In this document: positions 39,651 through 51,746 of the stretch, piece after piece | How positions within the stretch are numbered: the first letter of the stretch is position 1 | Layout: each line of letters begins with the position of its first letter | Assembly: GCF_006345805.1 (NCBI RefSeq) | Contig: NW_021833817.1 | Location: 1-64,000, forward strand | DNA length: 64,000 nucleotides | Reading direction: 5' to 3' | From: Octopus sinensis | Taxonomy: Eukaryota | The notes under the pieces: model-generated | Database searches by the model: none | Told to the model about the DNA's origin: nothing | Seen by the model: the letters and a program-made list of their open reading frames with translations, nothing else | Program-made: the position numbers and the translations under genes

Positions 39651-41062
39651 TGAAAATAAATAACGACCTAGAAAAAAGAGAATGTTAGGAGGTGATGATT
39701 CAAAACCAACATTCTTACAGAGTTGTTTCTTAAGAATAGTTAGATTGCTTTCACTCAACTTTTCATACAATAAATAAAATAAACAATCAAGTCACAAACG
39801 GAGACAAAGTCTGATCTAGTAATTTTTTATCCAAGAGGGATCCGAGAGAAGCCAAAGCGGTGTTCAACCTGCTAGAGCAAGTTTATTGATTTTATTTCTT
39901 GTACGCTGACCGCAAAAAACCATTTTTTCGAAATATCTCGCACTTTCACCGTGAAACTAAAAACTTTAATTAGGCTAATTATAAAAAAACAATTTAAACA
40001 CATTTTAGTAAATAAGTTATGTTTTTTATTAATAAAGAAATCCGTTATTGTTTTTTTGATTACATATTTAGGACTTTAAATTTTCCACAAACTCAGAAGG
40101 TCTCTGTCCACCGTAACCAGGAAAGTATTTTTTTGACGTCCATTGAAACGAGGGCCGTCAGGTTTGAAATAGTCCTCCATAGCGGTGTTTGGTCACGGAG
40201 GACATAGTCAAAATCTTTCGACATGTCAATACCGAAGATGGTCCTAGCTCTTTTGAATTTCTGTCGAATGATGCATCGCCATCTGTGAGTTCAAACAATA
40301 TCCGCAATGGATCTTCTCACCCTGAATCCGATTTAATTCGGCACCAGATATTCATTAACACTCGCATTTATGCGACGTAGTACAAGTAGCAATAAGAGTT
40401 TCCTCAAAGTGATCAGAAGTATAAAAGGCCGGAGATTTTGTTGGCTTTTTGTATTTTTTCGAGGGTGTCTCGATTTAGTTCAACTATAACCATTGATTAA
40501 TTCTAATCTTTTCAACTTTTCAGAACTTTTTATTGATAAGTCTTTATTTTTTATTGTCAATATTTTTTTGCAATGAAATGTTTTTACGAAAAATATTTTT
40601 TTGTATTTAAATAATTGATATGACCGATCTGACGCCCCGGCCGGTCTTGACGGTGACAATGTATTTATACTAGTTAATTAAAAGGGGTTTATGTTCGTTG
40701 TTGTAATTTTTTCCAATAAAAAATTTTTAAACTGTATTTGTTAATGTATATTACTTTGCACTTATTTTCTGTCAAGATGAAAATGGGTAGACTGACAACT
40801 TGCTGATTTTCTTCAATGTTAGAATTTCCTAAAATTGGATGTTTGAGGATGCAAACCTACAGCCAAATGTCGAATTGTGAATGTGATTTTTGAATCTATG
40901 TTGCATATTTGAAAATCCATGATTACAGATAGTTTCTTTTTAATAATTTGAACTAAATATTTAAGCCAATTTATTTGTTGGTTTCGATTATTTCCACTTC
41001 AAATATATACTTTACTGTATCTGTCTTCTACCACTCCCAATGAACAATATCTATTTTACTCA

Positions 41063-41292
41063 TTTTTGGTTTTAGACGAGCTGTAAAAAGCGCATATAAT
41101 TAATTCGCGGCTGACGACATAATCGAATAGGCATTGCCGCGAACAACGGCCAAACCTATTCTTTGTCGAAGCCATGTGGGGTCCCTCCAGTCGTTTTTTT
41201 TATATGAGCGATTTACTCCGATTTCTTTAAGGAATGAATTTCAGCCGCGAATTAATTATATGCGCTTTTTACAGCTCGTCTAAAACCAAAAA
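41063..41292. repeat. Foldback element / MITE with perfect 52-bp inverted arms
   Basis: 41063-41114 is the exact reverse complement of 41241-41292. Confidence 0.9.
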
Positions 41293-41999
41293 AAAAAATT
41301 TACTTCATTTATTAATCTGACACCATTCCTCAATTGTCGCTGATTTATCAAAATGATTTTCCAAACCATTCAGTTTAAAGTAAATAAAAAACTAAGAATG
41401 TCCTTGTTTAATCAATAAATGTGTAATTTTTTGTCATACGGTATTTATGCACTGGATTCCGTCCTCTATGCCCTCTGAAGCCCAAATCTAGTTCCAAGAG
41501 AGTATATAACTCACATGGACAATTTATATGAGTCCCGTCCATTTATTGACCAAAAACAAATATCAGGCAGGCAATGAAGGCGAATTCCCACGCAGGCCTA
41601 AATGGGGAAAACGGTGCTCATGTAATATTCCAAATCAAGTTTAGTCCGTTAATCACATGCGTCGGTCATATACCGCCGAAAATGGGGTCGACAACGGAAT
41701 TGGCAACTGTTTTGGCGCCAGCGGGAAACATTTGATAATCTCCGTATAATTTTTTGTGAATTTTTAAAAAGTCCCCCAAAACACTATTGTTTGGCATTGT
41801 AGAAAAATTTTGACCTAATTAGTTCGAGACAACCGTTTTTTATTGCCGCCCACAGAGAAAGTGGCGAAAACGAGAACCGCGCTTTCCGCTCTTCGGTAAC
41901 CAGGACGCCGAAAGTGGCAGAATATGGAAGGGTGGGCAAAGCCATTGATTTGAAGTTGGAACTTAAACTAATGGCAGATGTTAGCTTGGTTTCTTATCT

Positions 42000-42641
42000 T
42001 TATTTATTTATTAGAACCAAAAACACCGTCATAAGCATAATTAACTATTTCAGGTGATCCTAGCCTCTTTTAGAAACCTTCGCATCTTTTCTCTGTGTTC
42101 TACAACGCATTGTCTAAGAGGTCGGGGAGTAAAGGTTAGAAAGTTGTCAAAGGTGATTTTCGTCAATACGTTTTCCGTATGGGGAGTAAAGATTAGAAAG
42201 GTGTTAAAGGTGATCCCTAGTATCTTTAGAGTTTTATTTTGAGGAATTGATTTCCCTTCCATAGTCACATTTATCGACAAATTCCACAGTCTTTTGTTAG
42301 TTAGCTCAGACTTTTTTGGGCCTGCTTTCAACAGATTGGCATTGAGCCATATACCCAGGTTATATATATTATTCTATAATCTTTTTGTAGCTTCGCTGAC
42401 AAATATATCCCTCGATGCAACGATTATATCATCCGCATATGAAGAGGCATATCGTTCAACATTAGGTTGAATAATACGGGGGATAGGGGGAACCTTGTGG
42501 CACTCTATTCGGTAGTAGCCTCGATGCAGATCCTCGATTGCCCTTGTAGACTCTATCCCGACGTCCATTTAGAAAATGGGCAAGCCATAGTTTTAAGTTT
42601 GGTTCCATATTCAACAAGTAAATTTTCTGCGTAAGAATTTT
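42000..42641 (-). mobile_element. 5'-truncated LINE RT 3' fragment (I/Jockey group)
   Basis: LWLAHFLNGRR, VPQGS, SYADDII and LKILGITF, with an A-rich 3' end near 42000. Confidence 0.85.
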
Positions 42642-43885
42642 TCTATCAATGTATGATCCTGCAACTATAGATGTGACCAATTGAACGAGGCCAAGGGAAA
42701 TTGTCGCTATTGAGGCAGTCATGCGAATAACTCCGGCCATTAAAAATATTGATGTAGAATAAAAAATAACCTATTATATTGAGAAGATATTAACGCTGTT
42801 GATCCCGGAAAATTGCTGAGAGATGTGAAGAGTTAAAGCAACACCGAGTGATTTTCGCGCATTTTTATCAACCAGTAAATCCATAAATGTGGCCTAATTG
42901 AAGTCAGCGGATTTATTTTTACTTTGGAAACATTGACAAGAGTTTTTTCTTCACATATCTCAATAATTTCATCATCGACATTATCATTACATAAAAGTCT
43001 TTTTAGTGCTCAAGCAAAAAATAAAATGAATCAAACAATTTATTGCCCCATCTTTGTCGTTTTTTCCAAAAACAAGATAGTATGGAAATGGAGGACAGAA
43101 GGGTAGAATTATTACAAGTAAAATTGCAGTCGTACTACTAAAAGCTAAAAATAATTAGTGGAAATGACAAGCCTAAAAGAATTGGCAATAGATTTGTTGT
43201 TCCTAATATAGATTCGAGCCCAAGAGTTTGTGAGATCACAATCCCGACAATTATCATCACTTGATTAAAAGAGCTGAAGAAGCCTTGTTTGCATGGTGGG
43301 GATATTTCATTTATATATAAGGGAACAACAGCACTAAATATTCCTGTAAGAAATATAAGCAAATTAACAACCACAGCCAATTCCAGTAACGAATCTCCCG
43401 ATTACAAGAGCGAAGTATGAGTTCAGCATTAATGTAGCTCCTTGTGAGCTTTCTCCTAGGATTGAAATTAACGCTGCAAGTATTAAACACTTTCGTCTAA
43501 GAAGTTAATACAGATTTAACTATACTGACCGTCCAAACTTGTAAGCAATTTGGCAACCACTTAAACCTCCAATCATTCCACCAACACAAAAAGTAGATAC
43601 TGCTACAGACCAGCAAAGAATCACAGAAAATTTAGTGATTTCAAAGTGATATCGTTCTTTTAGATTAGTTTCTATAAATTTGATTATTTTCCAAGAGTTT
43701 GTTATATAGAAAATACTGCTTGTGGTTGGTTAAGAGCTCCTAGCTAGTATCCAAATTGAAATGAGCCGCCCAATACAGTAATGGCAACTGTATAAATTAA
43801 TGTATTGCTGTAAAGAGGTTTCTTAGAAAATTCATTAAAAATCAATTACATTAAGATTTTCTATTAAATTAGCAGATTCTGTCAT
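42642..43885 (-). pseudogene. GLUT/SLC2-type facilitated sugar transporter, 3'-truncated, one nonsense codon
   Basis: Eight introns of 24-33 nt. Spliced GGSFQFGY*LGALNQPQ, WSVAVSTFCVGGMIG, KFGRR, GRFVTGIGCG, VPLYINEISP, QQFSGINSVIFYST, YIDR. TAG at 43744-43746. Joined to the LINE RT after IDR. Confidence 0.9.
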
Positions 43886-44789
43886 ATTGAAAGAATTTAA
43901 AACAATCAATACAATCGACAATTGAAATTTAAATATATAAAAATAAAAACCATTAAAGAAAATAACAAAAATTAATATTTTTTGCATGGGTTGATATAAA
44001 GAAAGTTTTTTATTCGGGTAAGCATTAATTTCTTATTGAAGTCCTAGAAAAAAAAGTATTGAAGTCCTGGAAAATTCGGAACTACTTGAATATATATCTA
44101 GATGTATCATTTATTTAATTTTAAACTAAAAATTTCAGTTCAGACTCAAAAAAACAGCTGGAAATTAAACAAAGCAGGAAATTGAAAGGACATTCGATTG
44201 TGTCGATAATCTCGACCCAAAATGTCAAAATCAGAGTTGACACGTCAATCATGACTGAAACAAAAATCCAATTCAATAAACCTGACATTTTTGTGGGCAT
44301 TATTTCACAAGATCGTTTAAAGCAAATTGAAGTGGAATTTCATAAATAGGACCTTCTTCCAAACGAACTGTCGATCCTCCACGAAGTAAAAGTAAAGATT
44401 ATTACAATTGTCTTGACATAAGATAACTGACCTCTCATCCAGATAGATACAGTCAAAAATTACAAAGAATACATCTGCTTTATCTGAAGGACCAAACAGT
44501 AGGAATTTCGTGGGATGACACAAAGCACATAATAAAGAAAGCAGCAAACCTGTACCTAGATACGCGAGAAAAGGCCAGTACGGATCGGACGGTACATGCA
44601 GACTAGCAAGAGAGTTAAAAGAAATCTATAGCATTTGGGTAATTGACTGCTGCATCTGTCAAGCGAAAACTGTTGGTGTTGAAATTATTCAGAGAATTTT
44701 TAGAGCAAGGCAGTATTTGTCGCAAAAAGCTCTTTTGAAATTAATGTAAAGTAGGTCAATGTTAGATTCTCGAGGGGGCACATAATAGA

Positions 44790-45880
44790 GATATTGGCCT
44801 GTATTATCCTGGTTCGTTACTCCCCCTCCCAGGTTTTAAGATTGTAGGATTTTATATTGTTTCCATAAATTTGAAATACTATTTTCATTTACTGACTGAT
44901 TGTAGATGGCCGTTAATACCGTGATAGCTACAGGGCCTAGTTTCTTGAACAGAATCATTGGTATTCCGTCTGGACCACAGGAAATTGTATTCTTTATGTG
45001 TTGGATTACCATTGTGACTTGATCAGGTAGAAAAGGGGTTGATAAATGTCCCTTTTTTGATTTTCGCATAGAATTTCGCCATATTCAGTGTCCTTATTCT
45101 CTTAGTTGGTTCTTTGGTTAGAAATTTTATGCGTTTGAGGAAGTTTTTTTCCTTTATCAGTTTGATAATAATTTCCTTCCCTCGATTATCACTTTATTGA
45201 GGTATTGGGCTGCCCTATCAAGGAAGTTGGGTCCCGAATAGAATGTGGAAAGTTTCTTATCGACGTATTTCTTATAAGCCGACCATTTTGCATTATTGTA
45301 ATCGTAGTAAGAATCATATTTCTCTCGGGTCATTGGAGAACAGTTTATCCGTATAATGATTGGATTGTGATCACTCTGTAAGTCATAGTTTACCGTCCAA
45401 AAATAATTGGTGCTAATTTCGGGGAACACAAGGTTAAGTCTGGGGATGTGGTCGATTCTTTTTCGTTATATGGCGTCCTTGTATTTTTCTTTGGATCGTT
45501 CATAATGGACAGTCTCTTGAATTGGGAAATAATGAGGTTTCCTCTCGCATCCGCCGGTTGTTTCTGAAACCAATGAGGGTGCTTGGCATTAAAATCTCCG
45601 GAAAGCAGTAAGTTGTCCACATTATCAAGGCTAGACAGATCGACAGTAAATCCTTTGGGCATGACCCCGGTAGGGGAATATATAAGTTTCCAATAGTAAT
45701 AATTCCATTGGAGGTATGAATAGTAAGCCCCATGACTTCAGAGTTAGCATCTTGTGCCAGTTTTGTAAAGATTTCATTAGTTTTTGTGAATGCAATTCCC
45801 TTCCTGACAAGGGTCCAGAAGGAGCTCCTTCATTACTATTGGTTCTTTTTGAAAAACAAGATGTAACTTATTTATCTCAA
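44790..45880 (-). mobile_element. Degenerate LINE ORF2 N-terminal part (APE + RT start)
   Basis: IGNLYIP, LLSGDFNAKH, SPDLT, QSDHNPI and SCGPDGIP. Ends at PG*YRP. Confidence 0.85.
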
Positions 45881-45959
45881 CTTGGTGCAGTGAGTGAAGT
45901 TTGTTCATATAAATGCACAAATAAGGGTCACTAATCTAACCTTACGTACCTTACATAGT

Positions 45960-46215
45960 GAGGTTGTGATCACCCAACCAAAGAAAAACTGTGATCTTGT
46001 CGCTTAACCAAACTACACAACCTACCTTGGCTCGCCAGTTAATGCCCACCTAACCAAAACAAGACTGTGATCTATACCGCTTAACTAGACTAGGTAACCT
46101 ACCTTATCGAGTCAGTGAACTAGAAAGGGTCACCTAATCAAAGAAAATCTGCAACCTGTGACGCTTAGTTACTATAAGTTACCTACTTTAGCTAGCCAAT
46201 TAATGATCACCAAAC
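45960..46215. repeat. Degenerate ~80-bp tandem repeat (3-4 units)
   Basis: Recurring CACC.AA.CAAAGAA, CTGTGA, CGCTTAA and ACCTACCTT blocks. Confidence 0.55.
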
Positions 46216-46797
46216 CAAAGAATGAAAGTTAAGCACAACCAGAGCGTAATTGTTTTTGAAAGCAGCGTAGTTCCTCCTTTTATCTCTGACATACGTCAAG
46301 TCTACCACACATTAGTCTTAAGTGGAGAACCCCCATGTTTTAAATCCTTACAGCATCTTTCACTAAATGTGCTGAACACACCAGAATTTCAGTGTTTGTC
46401 TATTAGAGGGGAATTAAGTAAATACACATTGAGCCAACACTAAAAGACTACAAAAATGACTATTCAGTGATCGGAAGGTAAAAAGCTCACATTAAAGCTC
46501 ACATTATAAAAAGCTCACATTAAAAGATGTTGTGATATTTGTTAAAATGGCATGGGAAGATGTATCGCAACATAGCATTTCAAATAAAGAAAAAGAAGAA
46601 GAAAGGCGTTATGTGCCAGCGGCAAGGACGCAGTGTGCGCTCAGATGTCCGCAACCCACAAAAAGACTGCTATAGCCGGGTCCCTTAGAATAACACACAA
46701 TCTCCACAACAAAGAAAACAGACCCCTCTCTTCGGAGATGCCCAAATTGACTTAATTATCAATTAGTTATATATGGGCTACCCACAGTATTCTACAA

Positions 46798-47163
46798 CAG
46801 TGGTTCTCAACCTTTTTTTACTCGTCGCCCTTTTTGAACTTTTATCGCCCCAAAATTATCGTCGTGATTATTAATATAAAAAATCTTTATAAAATTTTAA
46901 TTAATAGGTATTTTTTGGAAAAAATTAAAAGAGACAAAAAGTTACGTCAATTAATTTAATTGACTAAATCCTCTTTCGATTAAATAAGAAGGAAAACATA
47001 ATAACACCGGGGTTATTTCATTCCAAAGACTAGGATAATTTTCTATATCTAAAAATTAGGAAAATTTAATAGAATATATTTAAAATTTTATTCCAATTCG
47101 AACGCCCCAAATTAAAAATTCATCGCCCCATTTGGGCGATATCCCCCACGTTGAGAACCACTG
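46798..47163. mobile_element. hAT MITE (366 bp)
   Basis: TIR CAGTGGTTCTCAAC / GTTGAGAACCACTG, TSD TTCTACAA/TTCTACAC. Confidence 0.93.
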
Positions 47164-50100
47164 TTCTACACCATAACAAAACACTTGAATCAAATTTCGA
47201 TTTCTTTTTGAATATTTTGACTGTAGTTATCACAGACCGGGTCAACTAACCACAAAACAATTCTGAGCGTCCATCCTTTTATCATTTCACACGAACCATA
47301 TCAACCTGATTACATAGAAATAATTTACCAATTTTTATTGACTAGTTTTGTAATTTGTTGCCAAGATCACATTAAAAGCATCGCTTCCCAATACTTTCAA
47401 ATTTTAGTTCCATCGTGCGTTTGACAGCATTGGAATGACGGCAGATTATTGGCAAACTTTTTAAAATTTATTACAAGGATCAAAGTGAAATAACATCAAT
47501 TATTTTTTAAGTATCTAGTAGAGGTCTATTCACAAGATTTAGAGATTCTAGCCTTGAAGTGACTTTCTCAAAGGTCTTTTGTGGAATAATTAATTCAGTC
47601 TTTCTGGGAGGAGTGAGAACTAATATCAAGGAACGTATTCTCATTGATCCATTATTAACTTCTTCACAAAAATGTCGATTACAAACATATTTTTTATATT
47701 TGATGAAATTTTTGTTAATTTATCTAATTGAACATATGCTAATGTATTTAAATAAAGTGCGGGAAAATTAACCATTGCTTTGTGGGAAATTAAAACTGAA
47801 TGTTGGGAATATATATTTTAAACATAAACAGATAGGTCAACAAATCACTAAGCTGGAGAAACATTGTTTTAAATGCAATCAAAAAGGGCATTTTGTTGTA
47901 CTTTTGTAGTAGTGATTCGCACACAAACAGATTCGGCAAAATCGGTGACTACAAAATTTGCAAATGATCATTCTGCTTCGGACATCTACGAAAGATTCAT
48001 GGCAACAGAGAGGGCATTGAATATACTCGTTCGGGAGACATACTTTTTGAGATGGCTTCCAGTTTTCCTAGAAACTGGTAGATATTGTAGTACCTTGTTT
48101 TCATCATTTGTTGCCATTTCATTCACACTCAACTAGTCAATTTACCAACTATTTTCCCTCCAAATTAAATTAGTTTATTTAAATTATTTTAAATATTGCA
48201 TATACACAAACAAATATTTATTAAACAAAATATTATAAATTCGAATATGCCGTCTCCGCATATCATGCTCTACTAAATTCTCGCTGATATTCACACAAAT
48301 ATTGTAGTGTATTAATCTCTCGGGAATCCTTCAAACCTCGCCCGTTTGAACATATATTAGAATAAAGCATAAAAACAAAATAAAATATTATGAGCCCTAT
48401 TCTCGTCTTCCGAAATCACCGTCATGGAATATGTATGCCCACGCTGGCGACCAGATCGACCTTCATTGTTGACAGCGTGACCTACATAGTTCGACATTCA
48501 ATTAATAACGAAAATAATTTATTATAAAAAGGGTTTAGCGTCATTTTAATTAAAAATGGTATCTTCTCAAAGATGTATCAGTATAGTCTCAATCCTTATG
48601 TTACGTGAAAAATGACAGTGAATACCAAAATCTTGTAAATGTTCTACTCCAAAACCCGTACAAACTAAATCTAAATCCGAAAAATACAAACTTGTAAAAA
48701 AGCGAATCAATTAGAATAAAATCGGCATAGTTCAATTTTTTTAATTTTTGATCTAATATTCATAAAAATTTTCATTAATTCATTTAGAGGCTATTTTCGT
48801 GCAGGATGAAATGCAAAAGTACCATTATGGATTATTTTTTTGTGAATTATATCTATTTTAGAGTTTAATTAATTTTTTATTTTGTTGAAAATCAAAATGA
48901 ATTTAATTATACATATATTTAAAAAAATTAATGAATTTCAAATGGTCCATAAATAGTACACTCTTGACAAATTCAACATTTGTTGTGCTTTAAAATTACC
49001 TAATAAAGTTTTATTTAATATACAAAAATATTTTTATTATTAGTTTATGTTTTTTTATTATTTTAAAGTAATTATTTAATTAAATAATTATCTTATTATC
49101 AAAATAATTAACATGAACTTTCGTGGTGTTGATCTCTCTTCAGATATTAAAAATCGTATTATTTCCTACATCGCAAAATATTCCTTCTAATCCAATTAAA
49201 TAAAAAAACAAAGATTGATCATTAATGTAACAGGACAACAAGGTATGGCAACATCGTGATCACACGTGCCATAATTTATTAGGTTTTCTATTAATAATTG
49301 GGTAACTAAAAATTAAAATAATTTATTAATGAAAAAAACATTATTTTAATTAAAACACAATTCTACCTAGTAGCCTATAAACAGTATAAATATCAGAGCG
49401 CATATCTCAATGATGCTCCAAATAGCTGAAATAAGGATACAAAGAAGTGCAATCTTAAAAGGACAATACAAACGGCTACACAACCAAAATTGGAAAGCCT
49501 GACAATAGTCTTTTTTGTTTGTTTTTCATATTTTTTTTGATAGAATACAGTGGGGCAATTAAGTCATTGAACGCCAAGTTTTATAATAATTATTTTTGAT
49601 AGCTTTTATAACATTTAAAAGTCATTTATGTTGAGGTTCTCTGTTTCTAATCCTGTATTCAAAACTTTTCTTTTTTCAGTCCTACCGATGCTTTCCTTTT
49701 TAAAAGCATCACGTAACTCATCCTTACTGAGTGAGTGTGACTTATCATTTAAGAACTCTGATAATGATACTGTTTCAGGTAGATCCGTGACACCTATTTA
49801 GACTCGGAGACACAATTGACATCTTCGATAATGGTGGAGAACTAGAAACTATATTCCTGCATTCACTATACTGTTTTTATTATTTGATTCTGGAAGAAGG
49901 CCCATGAGATTCGATTTCTTCATATCAGTAAGAACTATTATTAGAGAAATAAATTGAAACAAAACCGGAACAACCGGTCAGGTATAAAATAAAAACAAAT
50001 ACACTAGACTACAAAATTTAACGAAAATAAAATTTGAGTCTCCGTAAAATAAATTTAACTAAAAAAATTATCTAAAAGATGTCTGTCTAGTTCTAAAAGA

Positions 50101-51149
50101 TGTTTACCCAAATATTGCAGTCAAAGTAGGGTCATTGAAATGAACAGACCTTTATTACAATTACTAGTTGTCCTAATCGAGACCCACATGGTACTGTAGA
50201 CAGTAGAGATGCATCAAGTAGGGTACAACTGCATAACAAGAAATTGAATCATATTATGACCAAAGAACAGGAATCAATAACCAGTGATGATGAGTGGAGT
50301 GTTCAGTCGTGCATGTTGCCGGGTTCCCTGACTTGTCACCATTTGTCCAATATGCATGGGAGGGTAATATAACTTAAACTAGCCCGAAAGCACTTATTCG
50401 GATCATAATAAACATAACCCTGATGCTTTGTACATTTATGCTTTCCACTCCCACCTAAAATTCGACGTAGACAAACTTGTCTAAGGATAAAGAACATTGC
50501 TTTTGGCAGAACTGTGTACAAACGGAATCCGAACCTTAATAAGATTAAAAATAAATTTATAATTTTATCCCCTATTGAATAATTGTATTTACTACAATGC
50601 ACTCCCATTTTTCTATTAATCCTTGTGTAGTAATGATCATCACCACAGATCGGATGCATTTCAAAATGTTCCTTTTAACGATTCTAAAGATTAGTTAAAT
50701 TATGCCAACTTCTGCGCATTTGACCATCAGCAACAGATTTGTTCCTAGAATTGCTCGATATCGTTTAAATGAGATCTCATTTGAAAATGAGTCCATTGTT
50801 ATAGTATAGGAATAAACTGATATTCGAAAATCGAGACCAATTTATTTTCATTAGGATACTGGATGATCTTGTAGTCGTTTTATTAAAGGGCTCAACTATT
50901 CCCTACAACATATTTTTATTTCTTAAAATAATTTTTGATCTAAGATTGTTAAATCTGCTGTGGATTTTTGAATTTTAAAATTTTACAGAGAATCCGGATG
51001 TCGGTATTTTTAATTTTATCACATTGTTCGATTGTAGAATCTGGAAGGGACTATTAAGATAAAAAGAAACTCGTGATTTTTTAAACCTCGAACCCTGACT
51101 TATCAGTCGCCTAGCAAAAGCAAAACTAAGTTAATTATAATCATAAAAC

Positions 51150-51340
51150 CGACTATAGACGTCAATAACAGATAGATTCCATTTTTATCCTCCGTTAACA
51201 CTTCAAACCTTTTCACACCAATGAGGTCAATTTGAAATCGCTCATTTGGAGGAAAAGCGAAAAGATGAGTTTTATCTACGGTCGAAACCATAAATAAAAC
51301 AGACTTCACTTTAGTGAAAATGAAAACTTGCAGACATTGC
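51150..51340 (-). mobile_element. Retroviral-type integrase core remnant (Gypsy/Ginger-like)
   Basis: RFQIDLIG...DKNGIYLLLTSI matches the first catalytic-Asp region of rve integrases. Confidence 0.55.
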
Positions 51341-51746
51341 ACTAAGAAATGACTTTTCTTATTATCGTAATTTTTATGATAAAGTAATGTCGGCTAAAGA
51401 GAAATTTAATTTTGACGCCTCAGTGTGGTATAAAGTGCTACAACTTCGGTAGAGTATGAACTTTCAGTATTGTTTTAAAAAAAATTAAAGAAAGATCTGT
51501 TTTTGCAAGAAGTAGTGAGGTTAAATTAATTTGTCAAAAAGACAGGTAATTGATGTAAACACCTGTTTTTAGACAACTATGGTTCAAAAGCAACAAAATT
51601 TAGTTTTTCCGTTATTGGTTAAAAATGAAATTTTATGTAAACATGGACATATGTAAACATGTGTCTAATTTCATTGTATTGTTAAGTAAAGTGTTTCTAA
51701 CATCTATTTTTGTGATTTTATGAATTCTCAAGCTTTTAGTTATGAA

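Noticed and set aside
50283-50335. C/D box snoRNA (GTGATGA ... CTGA)
   Set aside because: It is too short, lacks a convincing terminal stem, and such boxes arise by chance.
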